Positions 1 through 11,120 of a stretch of 64,000 nt of DNA are shown in pieces (position 1 is the stretch's first letter; each line of letters opens with the position of its first letter). The DNA lies in NCBI GenBank assembly GCA_951406725.2, contig OX597817.1, positions 95,480,001 through 95,544,000 on the forward strand. The letters are read 5' to 3'. Under the pieces are notes generated by a model. It was not told the DNA's origin, did not search any database, and was given only the letters and a program-made list of their open reading frames with translations. The translations under genes and the position numbers were made by a program. This DNA comes from Octopus vulgaris. Taxonomy: Eukaryota.

Positions 1-63
1 CACACAGAGCTGCGCTCGGTAGTGAAGTGAAAGCACGCTATAAAAATAAAAATAAAACTACTG
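1..63 (+). mobile_element. 3' end of a probable (TAA)n-associated non-LTR element, truncated by window edge
   Basis: Unique sequence ending ...ataaaactactg running directly into (AAT)n, the same junction style as the R4/Dong copies downstream. Confidence 0.35.
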
Positions 64-80
64 AATAATAATAATAATAA

Positions 81-238
81 TCCTTTCTACTAAAAGCATA
101 AGGCCTGAAACATGGCGATGGGGTACTAGTCGATTACATAGACCCAAGTGATCCGCTGGTACATAATTTATCGACCCCGAAAGGATGAAAGACAAAATCG
201 ACCTCGGTGGAATTTGAACTCAGAACGTAGCGACGGGC
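81..238 (-). mobile_element. tRNA-derived SINE, 5'-truncated, within (TAA)n
   Basis: Reverse complement has B-box GAGTTCAAATTCC and core tttcatcctttcggggtcgataaattatgtacca; homologous to the other SINE copies in the window. Confidence 0.85.
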
Positions 239-350
<112 letters not shown>

Positions 351-907
351 AATGCCCTGATGCTGTACCAGGCAGTGGCTCCCGTGGATTCTGATCTTAA
401 CTGACTCGAAGTGTTATCATGTACATTGTTATGTCTTGGTATAAAAGATGGGCCACAGCAAATATTCTGCTCAATACCACAGATTTGCTTGTCATTTGTT
501 TGACCTTAACTAGTTGAGCATGTCCCTTAGTGGCTGACGATATGTGCATCTCTGATCACAAGCAGAAGTAGTGGGGGAGCATCATAGTCATGTGTTGGGA
601 GGGATTCTTTGGGGTTTGAATAATTCAGCCCTGGAAACATGGGTGTTTCATTCAACATCCTTAAACAATCCTTATTCAGGGACCTTTTGAGCGGGATGGG
701 TTACTCGACCAGAAGAAAATTCTAACTAGGCTCCACCTGCAAGGTCATGTGCTGTTTATCTTGATATGAGATCATCATGTCGCACACATATGCTTGTGAT
801 GCATGTGCCTAGTGTACCCTTATCAGACGGGTAGTCATGATGGGTATACTGGGCTTCGTATATTTTATCCCAGTGTCACTCTGATGGCATGCACTGCTCT
901 CTTACTC

Positions 908-908
<1 letters not shown>
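351..908 (+). mobile_element. Non-coding (TAA)n-flanked element: long R4/Dong 3'UTR or Dong-mobilised non-autonomous element
   Basis: (TAA)n on both sides; last ~95 nt (gtgtacccttatcagacgggtagtcatgatgggtatactgggcttcgtatattttatc...) match 6218-6313, the end of the R4/Dong copy. Confidence 0.7.
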
Positions 909-973
<65 letters not shown>

Positions 974-974
<1 letters not shown>

Positions 975-2027
975 GATAGACATACAAGAAACAGGCACAG
1001 AAAAAGCTAAGCGCATGAAAACCCGTGCTAAATCTGCGGCCTTAGATATTCTGAATGATAAATGGCAAGAAAAACCTCTCTATGGGAAATAGCCAAAGAG
1101 AGCAAATAATGCAGATGTTGACAAAGCCCTGACCTATCAATGGCTAATGGCCTCTGGCTTAAAATCTGAAACAGAGGGGTTTATCATAGCAGCTCAAGAT
1201 CAATGCCTACCAACAAGAAACTACCAGGCCAACATATTAAAGATCAGAAGCAGTCCAACGTGTCGTGTATGCCAGCAACAAAATGAAACCATTGACCATG
1301 TGGTCTCCAAGTGCAGTCTTCTAGCGCCTACAGAGTATCTCAACAGACACGATAGAGCTGCACAATATATTCACTGGGTAATCTGCAAAAACCTGGATTT
1401 GCCCCATGAAAAAAACTGGTGGGAACACAAACCACCCCCAGTGCTTGAAAATGACCACATCTCACTCCTCTGGAACTTCACCATTCAAACTGACAGAAAG
1501 ATAGATGCAAATAGGCCAGATATCATATTGAAAGACTTCAAACAAAGAACATGCCTCCTCATTGATATGACTGTCCCAATCGATATAAACGTATCTGTCA
1601 AGACCTACCAAAAACTGAGCAAATATAAAGATCTTGAAATAGAAATCAGCAAAATGTGGAAGCTGAAGACTAAAACAATACCTGTTGTCATAGGTGCCCT
1701 GGGAATGATAGCGAAAGGGGCTGATAGCTACCTAACTCAGATACCAGGAAACCCAAAAATGGCAGAAATTCAAATGATAGTACTCATGGGAACTGCTCAT
1801 ATCCTACGCAAAATACTTTCTATGTAATCTCAAGGTTTAAAACAAACATAATTAAAAAAAAAAATTAAATTTAGACATTCATTAGTACAACACCAAAAAC
1901 TACCCCCCCCCAAATATATGGCACACTAGGCATAACAACAACATGAACTTCCAACCTGTTGTCTCTTGAGGTCTCTGGGTGAGACTTGGAGCCAACTTGT
2001 ACAAATATAAAGCAAAAGTCAAACATA

Positions 2028-2028
<1 letters not shown>
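974..2028 (+). mobile_element. 5'-truncated R4/Dong-clade non-LTR retrotransposon
   Basis: C-terminal coding region plus ~200-nt 3'UTR, (TAA)n on both sides; Dong elements are known to target TAA repeats. Confidence 0.9.
1147..1827 (+). CDS. R4/Dong C-terminus: CCHC knuckle plus restriction-like endonuclease (fragment)
   Basis: LKSETEGFIIAAQDQ, CRVC..ETIDHVVSKC, RHD, NRPDII..IDMTVP, KLSKYKDL, PVVIGALG. Confidence 0.88.
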   Translation: MASGLKSETEGFIIAAQDQCLPTRNYQANILKIRSSPTCRVCQQQNETIDHVVSKCSLLAPTEYLNRHDRAAQYIHWVICKNLDLPHEKNWWEHKPPPVLENDHISLLWNFTIQTDRKIDANRPDIILKDFKQRTCLLIDMTVPIDINVSVKTYQKLSKYKDLEIEISKMWKLKTKTIPVVIGALGMIAKGADSYLTQIPGNPKMAEIQMIVLMGTAHILRKILSM

Positions 2029-2078
<50 letters not shown>

Positions 2079-2088
2079 TAATAATAAT

Positions 2089-2258
2089 GGTTTCAAATTT
2101 TGCAACAAGGGCAGCACTTTTTGGGGAGAGGATGAATCGGTTACATCGACCCCAGTGTTCAAATGGTACTTATTTTATCGACCCCGAAAGGATGAAACGC
2201 GAAGTCGGCCTCGGCGGAATTTGAACTCAGAACGTAACGGCAGACAAAATACCGCTAA
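2089..2258 (-). mobile_element. tRNA-derived SINE
   Basis: Same B-box and core as other copies. Confidence 0.85.
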
Positions 2259-3315
2259 CAATGAATTTTAGTAAATTTTAAAACTTTAATATCTACAATT
2301 TTGTGTTAAAATTTTACCCTCCTTTTCTTTCCTTTCCTTCCTCCCTGAGTATTCGAAAATGTAAACATCCTTTTTATTGCAAAAACGCTACAGTCTTCTC
2401 TCATCGGACATACAAACGAACATCTCAAAAAATTTAGAAAGTTTAATATCTACAATTTTGTGTGAAAATGTTATCTTTCTTTTTTCCTTGACTACTCGAA
2501 TATGTAAACATGCCTTTTATTATAACAACATTATTAAATGCATGATACAAAACCAAAAATTAATGAGGTAAGCACCTGCCAATATATACAAACTGAACAA
2601 TTACAAAAACTGTAAACCACAGCAAAACTTATAAAAAGAAAATAAATATTTCAAAGGAAAAAAAAAATCAACGAGGTGAATATATCAGTATATATATAAT
2701 TATTTTTTCTATTAGTAATTAAAAATATGTCTTGGTTCTTTTCAAGGTCAAGGTCAGCGCTCTCATTGATCACTAGTAGTAGCAAACACATTTGACCTCT
2801 GCTGTCCCCAAGGGTGTGAGGCCGCTTTTTTCTCCTTATCGCACAGGAATGGCCATTGCTGATCTCTTCACCATCTGCCGAATCTGTTTACAGACCTTTA
2901 GAATTTATTCACCAAGCTATCGCTCTTGCTCCTACTATTCCTTTAAACACTCACATATTTAAGATCATCTCAAGTACAAGACCAAAGTTGAAACTAAACA
3001 ACATTCAATAATATCTTTTAATAACAGATGGAAATAATAATAATGATGGTAATAATGGTGATGGTGGTAATAATGATGATAATAATAATTTAGCCAAAAC
3101 ATATGTCGAATCAGAGGAAATATTAACAATGACAAATAGTAGGAAAAAAATGAAAATAATAATATCAGTGATGATAATAATAATAATAATAATAATGAAA
3201 AGAAGCGGTTGGAATCTCATTGTGCTCTGATTGATGATACATTTAGTGATGGTGCCACAATAAAAACACTGGTAATTGTGCCACCTGATAATCGCTATCT
3301 CATATGAGTGGCAAT

Positions 3316-6312
3316 GGAAAAGCAAAATATTGTGAATGACGGTGGTAATGAAACTGAAGCCCTTGATGGTGACACAGGCTCAGAGATACTGGTCCGACTC
3401 CAGCCTGTCGTTATCCAGTAAGGAATCAGTACACACGAAGTAGATGGACCAAGCAAATCAATGGAATGTTACTACCTGAGCAACCCCGTAGACGAAAATG
3501 GTGTTCCTCTTAGAAGATACCCACAACGTATTTATGATCAATGGAGAGAGAGAGGATTGTTTCAACTCACGAAATAGAGATTATGTGATCAAGCTAGAGG
3601 AATAAGAAAAAATCGTTGGTTCACAGAAGTAGAGCTCGAAGCTATCAAAAGACGGGTATTGGAAAATAGCAGCAGAGGAAACGATGAAAATACAGATCCT
3701 ACTGATAAAAGAAATCTCATAGCAGAGAACAGAGGTGAAATCGCCAATAAACCACAGGAAAGGAACAGTGACTGCTTGCTCGATGAGAGACATATAGATG
3801 GTTTGGAAGAAAACAATAAAACCAATGGTAGATGGACAGAATAACGGCAAAGCTACAGGAGAACGATAGCGACATTATTTGCAACCTTAAAAAAAGGTTG
3901 AAAGTTGAACCAAGAAACAGAAAATGCAAATGAAATTCTGAAATACATCAGAACAAAAAAAAATCACAAAAACAAATAATTTGATCAAGGTAGCAAGTAT
4001 CGTTGTTGCAGAAAATGTGTGTGTTGATGTCAAGAAAAATAAATTTAATGGGAGTGACAAAAGAATACAGGCGGGGTTAGATATGCTCTCGAAGGACATT
4101 TCTGTGTTAGATCGAAAAGGAAAGGGGGAGCTTAAAAGCGAACAAAAATACAGGGCACAGAAGAGGAGGTATGATATTGAAAGAAAGGGCCTGAAAGTGG
4201 TTATGGAGGAACTGAAACAGCGTCTCGTTGCAAAGAAAGCAAAGATAAGATACGACCAAAGAATGAAGGGTTACCACCAGAATAGGTTATTCAGAGTAGA
4301 TCAGGACAGATTCTACAAAAAAATAAATGAAGAGTGTACAGATGAAAAGTTGATACCAGATAACATTGAAAGTCAAAGGTTTTGGAGTGACATCTGGAGC
4401 AATGACAAGGAACACAGGAAGGATGCTGAATGGTTGCAAGAATTGAAACAAACAGTAGTCTGTCCAAAACAGGCAGAACTAGTCATTTAAGTTAGGGAAG
4501 TGAAAGAAATTAGAACAAAAATGGGCAACTGGAAGTCCTCGGGACCAGATGGAGTTAAATGCTAGTGGATCAAAAGATTTGGTGAATGTCATGCACGAAT
4601 AGCTGCACAACTCAGCACATTGTTAAATGCCGAGCACGTAACACCAGAGTGGTTGACAATTTGTAGAACAGTGCTGTGCTTGAAAAACATCGAAAAAGGC
4701 AATACGATAGACAATTACAGGCTGATATTCTGCTTGCTACTTACGTGGAAATTATTGACTGCAATAGTCGCAGAGAACATCTGGAAAAAATGGAGTTCTG
4801 CCACATGAGCAGAAAGGTTGCAAGCGTAGGTGCAGAGGTACCAAGGATCAACTCTTGGTAGACAAACTGTAATCAGAGACTGCAAGAGAAGGAAAAGTAA
4901 CTTAGCCATGTCATGGATCGACTATCGTAACGCGTACAATATGATCCCACATTCTTGGATTATGGAATGTAGGAACCTATTTGGTATTGCATCGAGTGTT
5001 GAGCAATTACTTAGAAAAAGTATGGCGAAGTGGAGGACGGAACTGACAGCATATGGAAGAAGTTTAGGGACAGTAGAAATCAAGAGAGGCATCTTCCAAG
5101 GGAACTGCCTGTCCCCACTGATCTTTGTACTGTGCATGATACCACTGATACCAATTCTGGGGAAAGCAAAGGCTGGGTATATATTCAAAAGCAGCCAACA
5201 AAACGTCAACCACTTGTTATTCATGATGGCCTTAAATTTTATGGTAAAGATGAAGCTCAAGTCAGTTCCCTCGTTGATACAGTGTATACTTTCAGTGATG
5301 ATATCAGAATGGAGTTCTGACTGAAAAAGTGTAGTGTGTTAGTCTTAAGAGAAGCAAAATTAAATGTATGGGTGGGCTACCTTACCGCCGGGGGAGGTTA
5401 TGAAGCAGATAGAAGAGACGGGCTATAAGCACTTGTGTATTTTGGAAACGGATAAATTGATGGAGAAAGAAATGACAAAAATTTAAGGTGAAGTACTTGC
5501 GCAGACTGAGACTTATCCTTAAGTCGAAATTAAACGGACGGAATAAGATTGAAGCTATCAATACCTGGGCAGTTTCAATCCTTAGATATGGAGCAGGGGT
5601 AATCGCATGAACAGCAGACGAACTAAATAGCTTAGACAGAAAGACAAGAAAGTCACTGACTAGATATGGGATACTCCACCCAAAAAGTAACACAGACTCC
5701 GTGTACCAAGAAAAAGAGGGGGATGATGACTGATTGGATGCGAACACAACGTTAGAGCAGAAGAAAACAGCATAACATGGTATGTAAAAAATTCCACAGA
5801 ACCACCATTAGTAGAAGTAAGAAGGTCCGGCTTGTGTAGGATGGAAGATTGCAAAGATAAAGCTCTATACAAGAAATTGAAAATGAATGAAACTGAAAAT
5901 AGGTGGATAAAGAAAAGAATGCATGGGCAATTTCACTGGGATGCTGAAGATAAGACAGATAGAGAAAAAAGATGGCTATGGATGACTAAAAGTAATTTAA
6001 AACCAGAAACGGAGGCTCTAATCTGTGCTGCCCAAGAGCAAGCACCAAGAACGAATTACATAAAATACAGAATAGACAACACATCAGAAAATGATAAGTG
6101 CAGAATTTGTGGAAAATATGGTGAAAGCGTATGACATATTATCAGCCAATGTACGCCACTAGCCCAGAAAGAATAAAAGAGACACCATGACAATATAGCA
6201 AGGATTGTCCCTTGTAAAGTGTACTCTTATCTGGCGGGTAGTCATGATGTGTATACTGGGCTTCGTATATTTTATCTCTGTGTCACTTTTATGGCATGCA
6301 CTGGTTTCTCAC

Positions 6313-6313
<1 letters not shown>
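3316..6313 (+). mobile_element. Degenerate near-full-length R4/Dong retrotransposon lacking the REL endonuclease
   Basis: N-terminal MECYYLS..RLCDQARGIRKNRWFTEVELEAI, QNRLF, NWKSSGPDG, WIDYRNAYNMIPHSW, RGIFQG..LSPL, NHLLFM, LKPETEALICAAQEQ, CRICG; many stops and frameshifts; ends in (TAA)n. Confidence 0.88.
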
Positions 6314-6381
<68 letters not shown>

Positions 6382-6404
6382 TTTCTCACATAATGATAAT
6401 AATA

Positions 6405-9400
6405 TTGATTTCTTTATTCACAACTAAGGATTTACAAAATCATTGAGGACGGAACAGACAATACAATATGGAGTTACATAAAATAAAGCTTGTAAACAAT
6501 GAAATTGATAAAATAAATTTTAACTACGAAAGGTTACCCAAAAGAAGGAAACTTCCTTGGATTGCTCGTGGAGATATCCGAAAACTACAAGGGCTAGTGT
6601 TCTCTCTACATCATCCTCCTTCAACCTACAGGCGCATGCTTAGAGCAGGCCCGTTCACTCTGACCATTCCTGTCACACTAACCCACCTTTCAAAAGAATT
6701 GTTGGGAGACAGCACTTCACTCTCTGCCCTCACCTTCCTTTTCAAGTGAAACTTGAAAAAGGTGATGAGGGCTTGGTGAAAGAGAAAAGTATATGTCTTC
6801 AGCCTTTTAAGTCTGGTCTACCATACAACCTCTTTCGCTAAGACAACCAAACAAAGAAACACTACCTGCTCTCCCCAGTCAAAGGAAGGCGATAGCATAA
6901 TGTTCACAATGAACTCAACCGACAGCCGAATCTCGTCCTACACTTGACAGCAGGTGTTCAACATCAGCCCACAAGTCAGCAATGCTCCGGCACTGCACAA
7001 GCGTATGCGGAACAGTTTCGTCGCTTTGCCGGCTATTCCATGCCTGTGGAGTTATTCCGGAATCAGCAATGTTCCCCTGTAGCACTCTCATGCCAAGGAT
7101 TTCTAGAAATTATCCTTAGACCTCGGTCCGAAAGCCACTCGGAAGAAACCGGCTCGTTGATTCTCGTCGACGTCCAGAGTTTTTCCGAGAACATCGACAC
7201 GCAAGTTGAACTTCCACCGACCGCATTGCCCGAGGACCATGAGCGCCTGATGACACTCTAGGCGCCAGTGACCCTGCCTTGGTCTAAGCTTACTCTAGGA
7301 CTGCAACCCAGCCAAAGTGACGAACTGTGGAAGAGCGAGTTTGGCAAACGGTGACCACACCGGCTCACTGGCAAGAAAGCACTGATGTAGCTTCAGCGCA
7401 GATCTGTGCATCAGCAGCCACGGCATATCCAGTCCTCCATTTAGCGGATATTGACAACAAATGGAACGCCTGACCAGTGGAACATGTCCCTGCCACAGAG
7501 AGAGGAAGTGTATTTGCTCCAGTTTGAACTGACGTAGACTGGGGCAAGGTACGATGGTCAGGCGATGTAATAGAGACGATGTATGCACTCACAACCTCGC
7601 ATTAACTTTCAAGGGCAGCTTTCTTTCCGTTCATTTCTGGGAGATTGGCTATCCTGCTCGTCATCTCATCCCAGTTCTTTTCTATCTTGAGATCTGAACC
7701 AAACCAGATCCCGAGCAATTAAACTGGTCCCACTGTCCAGCGTCCCACGACGTTATTGTATGGCATGGGCCTGCATATCCAGGTGCATATCCTGCATATC
7801 CACTGACTTTTCTTGGTTAATTTTTTGTCCTGTCATTGCCTAGCATTCTTTTAGAGCAATACCAATCAGGTCTATGTGCCTAGTGTTCGACGCTATGACG
7901 GTGATGCCTGCATATGCCGACACGTTTCTCCCACATCTAAGTTCGCCTGGGATACTTCTCAAATCCTCCAATTTCTGCAGTAGTGATTCTAGAGCCAGTA
8001 CGTACAGGCTTTTGGTTGATCCAGATTGATCAGGTCCCCACCCAGCCAACTTCTTACTCACTCTGTCTATGATGTATCGCATGAGGTGGAAGTTGTTGTG
8101 GATAAATATATGCTTAAGATGGCACATGTTTGCGGTTCATCAATCAGTTCCTCGACGACAACCTCTTTGCTAACATCTTGGCCAAAATTTTGAAATCTGC
8201 GTTCAGCAGCGTTATGGGTCAAAAAGTTTCCATTTGATCACCCTTTCTTAACAGTGTCACCGCCCTTCAACTCACAGAACTAGGGATCCTCCCGTTCTGC
8301 TGTCAGTCGCTGTAGATATCTGCTAAGAGGCCGCCAAACAAATCTGGCATATAAAAGTAAATCTTGTAGGGCAGACCATCTAAACCAGGCGATTTGCCAT
8401 CCGTGCAGTCCACTATCAAACCCTGTATTTCTGTGGCTGTTATCAGTCTTTTACAACTCTGCGTCTGTTGTCGAAAGTCGTGGCACGCCGTCGAAGTAGG
8501 CACTGAAGTCCATTCTATGTTCCGGACTGCCATTCGTTCCAAGCAGTTGAGCAAAGTGCTGTTGAAATATTGTTTGGTGTTTGTAGTGCTGGAGACATTT
8601 GCAATTGTATTGGTGTAGAGTGTGTGGGTGTGTGAGGGTTTGTTGGTTTCTGTCTCTCCTCTAATCTCTTCGTTTTCATTTTGTAAGTTTTTCTTTTTCC
8701 TATCACCAGGATCCATTCTGGTGTTTTTCCACAAACAGTTTCCCTCGCTAGACGAGTTTTCACAGTTCACTGTGGTAGGGGAAAGAGGTATGTCTGCACA
8801 GTCGTGCATTTCTAGGTTAGGGGTCTAGTCGATTGCTGTGCGTGAGTCTTCTCTCGGTTGCGATGGTGCAGGTGAGGTTATTGTTTATCTCGGGCGCGTA
8901 CCGGTGCTTGCTGCTGATGTTGTTGAATGAACTTCTACGATTCCTTCTGTTGATGTTGTTGTTTTGGATGCATGCTGCTGCTTTTGGCACAGATGCAGTT
9001 AGTGTTATTATTGGTGCTGTTGCTGTTGATTTTGGTGCTGTGGTTGTGTCAGAGGTGTCTGCAGTAGCGAGGTTTTTCCTTTTCTTTGCATGAGACAGAA
9101 AGCCTATAAGTGGTTTATCTCGCCACAAATATATCTCGCCTTTCTATCCTCAACTACTACGAATTACTGTATGCCTTTAGAGAGATCGTTCAAGTCAGGG
9201 ACAGCTTTGCTACTGTTCTTAACGGCGTGTATCCATAATTTCATTACCGTGCCTGACCAAGTTTCTTTTCCCATTTTGAGCACTTGGAGAATTATCATTT
9301 TGTTCTCTTTATCGTATAATACGGCTGCCACCAGCAAAGAGATGTCCACTTCCGGTGGTACCTCTGTTATATTTATTTTAACCGCTCTCCAACCGATGTA

Positions 9401-10400
9401 TGTTGCAATTAACCACAATTTTTCACTTCTGAGTTTTGTTGTCGCACTTTCTTTTGCTAACTCTTCATTTGGGAATCTCACCTCAACTGTGTTAAAGCAT
9501 TTCCGAAGGGCGACATAAGTATCTATCCCTAAGATTGGTCTTAGGCATTTTTCGATCTGGGTCTGCGTCGCTCGATCCAGTATCCTGGTTTTTGTTGAAA
9601 TACATTTGTATATAACAATTTTTTAGTGCCTTCCTGTGTTTCCTCTGGTGTGCTTAGAATTACTATTCTGTCATCCTCTGTTAAGAGATCTTTTGCCTCA
9701 CTTAACGTTTTTTCTGACGCGTCAGATTTCTCCATTCTACGACACGCACGTTAGAAACAGTTCCTATTTTGTTTAGAAATAAGAACGGTTGGTCTTTTCG
9801 CTGTATTAATGTTTGTGTTGGTGGTGGCAGTAGTAACTGTTGGTGGTAGTGGTGGAATTGGTGTTATCACTGGTGATGGTGGGGTTGCTGTTGATGCTGC
9901 TGTTTACGCTATTTTCGTCCCACTCCGCATGCTTAACGTCGTACTACAATTGGTAATGGTGGTGGTGTTGCTGTTGCTAATTTTTTCCCGCGATACTGAC
10001 AGCTCCTACTAGTTCGACGATATTCAGGTTGTTGTTGCCGCTGCCAACACTCTCGTCGGTCAGCTCACAGTCATTTAGTAGAATGGGTGAAGGAAAAGAA
10101 GAAAAGTTTTCGGCTGTAGAAGGGCTGGTAGGAATAACGCTTCTCCCACTCGATGCTCTCATGATGGCTGTTGTTGACGCCATCTTGTATATGTATCTTG
10201 TCTTTTAAAAGCTAAACAGGCGTTCTTTGGAAGGCAAAACATCACCCGTTACGGAGCAAAATAACCACAAACCACCAGTCAAAAGACTCTTGGTGTTCTC
10301 AGTAACAAATTTAAGAAATCAATAGACATAGCAGTGTCATGAATTGTGATTAAAAAGTCATCAAAACCTTAGCAGATTTATTGTCACTCAAAAGGGACAG
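6405..10400 (-). mobile_element. Degenerate L1/Tx1-type LINE (ORF1 and RT remnants; endonuclease apparently deleted)
   Basis: GKSPGLDGLPY, NNFHLMRY, LYVLALESLLQKL, SAYAG (YADD site), CCQYPLNGGLDMPWL; homologous to ORF 48103-49056; 3' end aataaagaaa at ~6410; 5' boundary approximate. Confidence 0.8.
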
Positions 10401-10647
10401 AGAGTTCACCGACCACCGACATCAAACATCAAACAGTCATCAACATTCACCTATTCCCATCCATACGTACGTACAATACACATCCGCACTTAGATTATTC
10501 GGTGTCATAGTAAAACGATAACCTAATTTAAATAACTGAATTTACATTGTATATTTATATGATCAATTTGTTTCATATTTGCCTGTTTTAAGTCACACCT
10601 TATCCTATATGTTCCGGATCGATGTTTAAAATCTTACCCGTTTAAAA

Positions 10648-10739
10648 TATTACCTGATGATGGTGGATAATGTATTATGATGTAATCTTTTAAGACTGCA
10701 TTAAATAAATAAAATTCTATTGAAACAACTGTCGTAAAT
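10648..10739 (+). ncRNA. Type I hammerhead ribozyme (PLE pseudo-LTR relic)
   Basis: ttac-CTGATGA(10654)...GAAAC-aact-GTC(10733)-gtaa; 4-bp stem I, G.U-rich stem II, minimal stem III. Confidence 0.6.
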
Positions 10740-10990
10740 TATAAACGTTATTTGTATTTACTTTTTATACCAACGATCCCCGATCACTTGGATCTATGGT
10801 TTAAATCAGATTTATTATTTGCATGTCTACAGTATCCTACCGATACTTGATGTCATCGATATTTACTCCACTGTAAATTATCGTACCTAGCCATCTCTGG
10901 TGTTCTATGAGTTGGTGTGCCTTGATTCTTATGAATCCCATTTACAAAATCACGTGTGTGTGTGTGTGTATGTATGAATATGCGCATGTA

Positions 10991-11120
10991 CAGAGAGAGA
11001 GATAGATAGATAGAGAGAGAGAGAGGGTGAGAGTGAGAAAGAGAGAGAGGGCGAGAGCAAGAGAGAGAGAGAGAGAGAAAGAGAAATAGAGAGAGAGAGA
11101 GAGAGAGAGAGAGAGCGGGA
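10991..11120. repeat. (GA)n microsatellite
   Basis: Direct reading. Confidence 0.9.

Noticed and set aside
3196-3340. HDV-like ribozyme at the R4/Dong 5' end
   Set aside because: Only a gccac/gtggc pairing is seen; the nested pseudoknot could not be built
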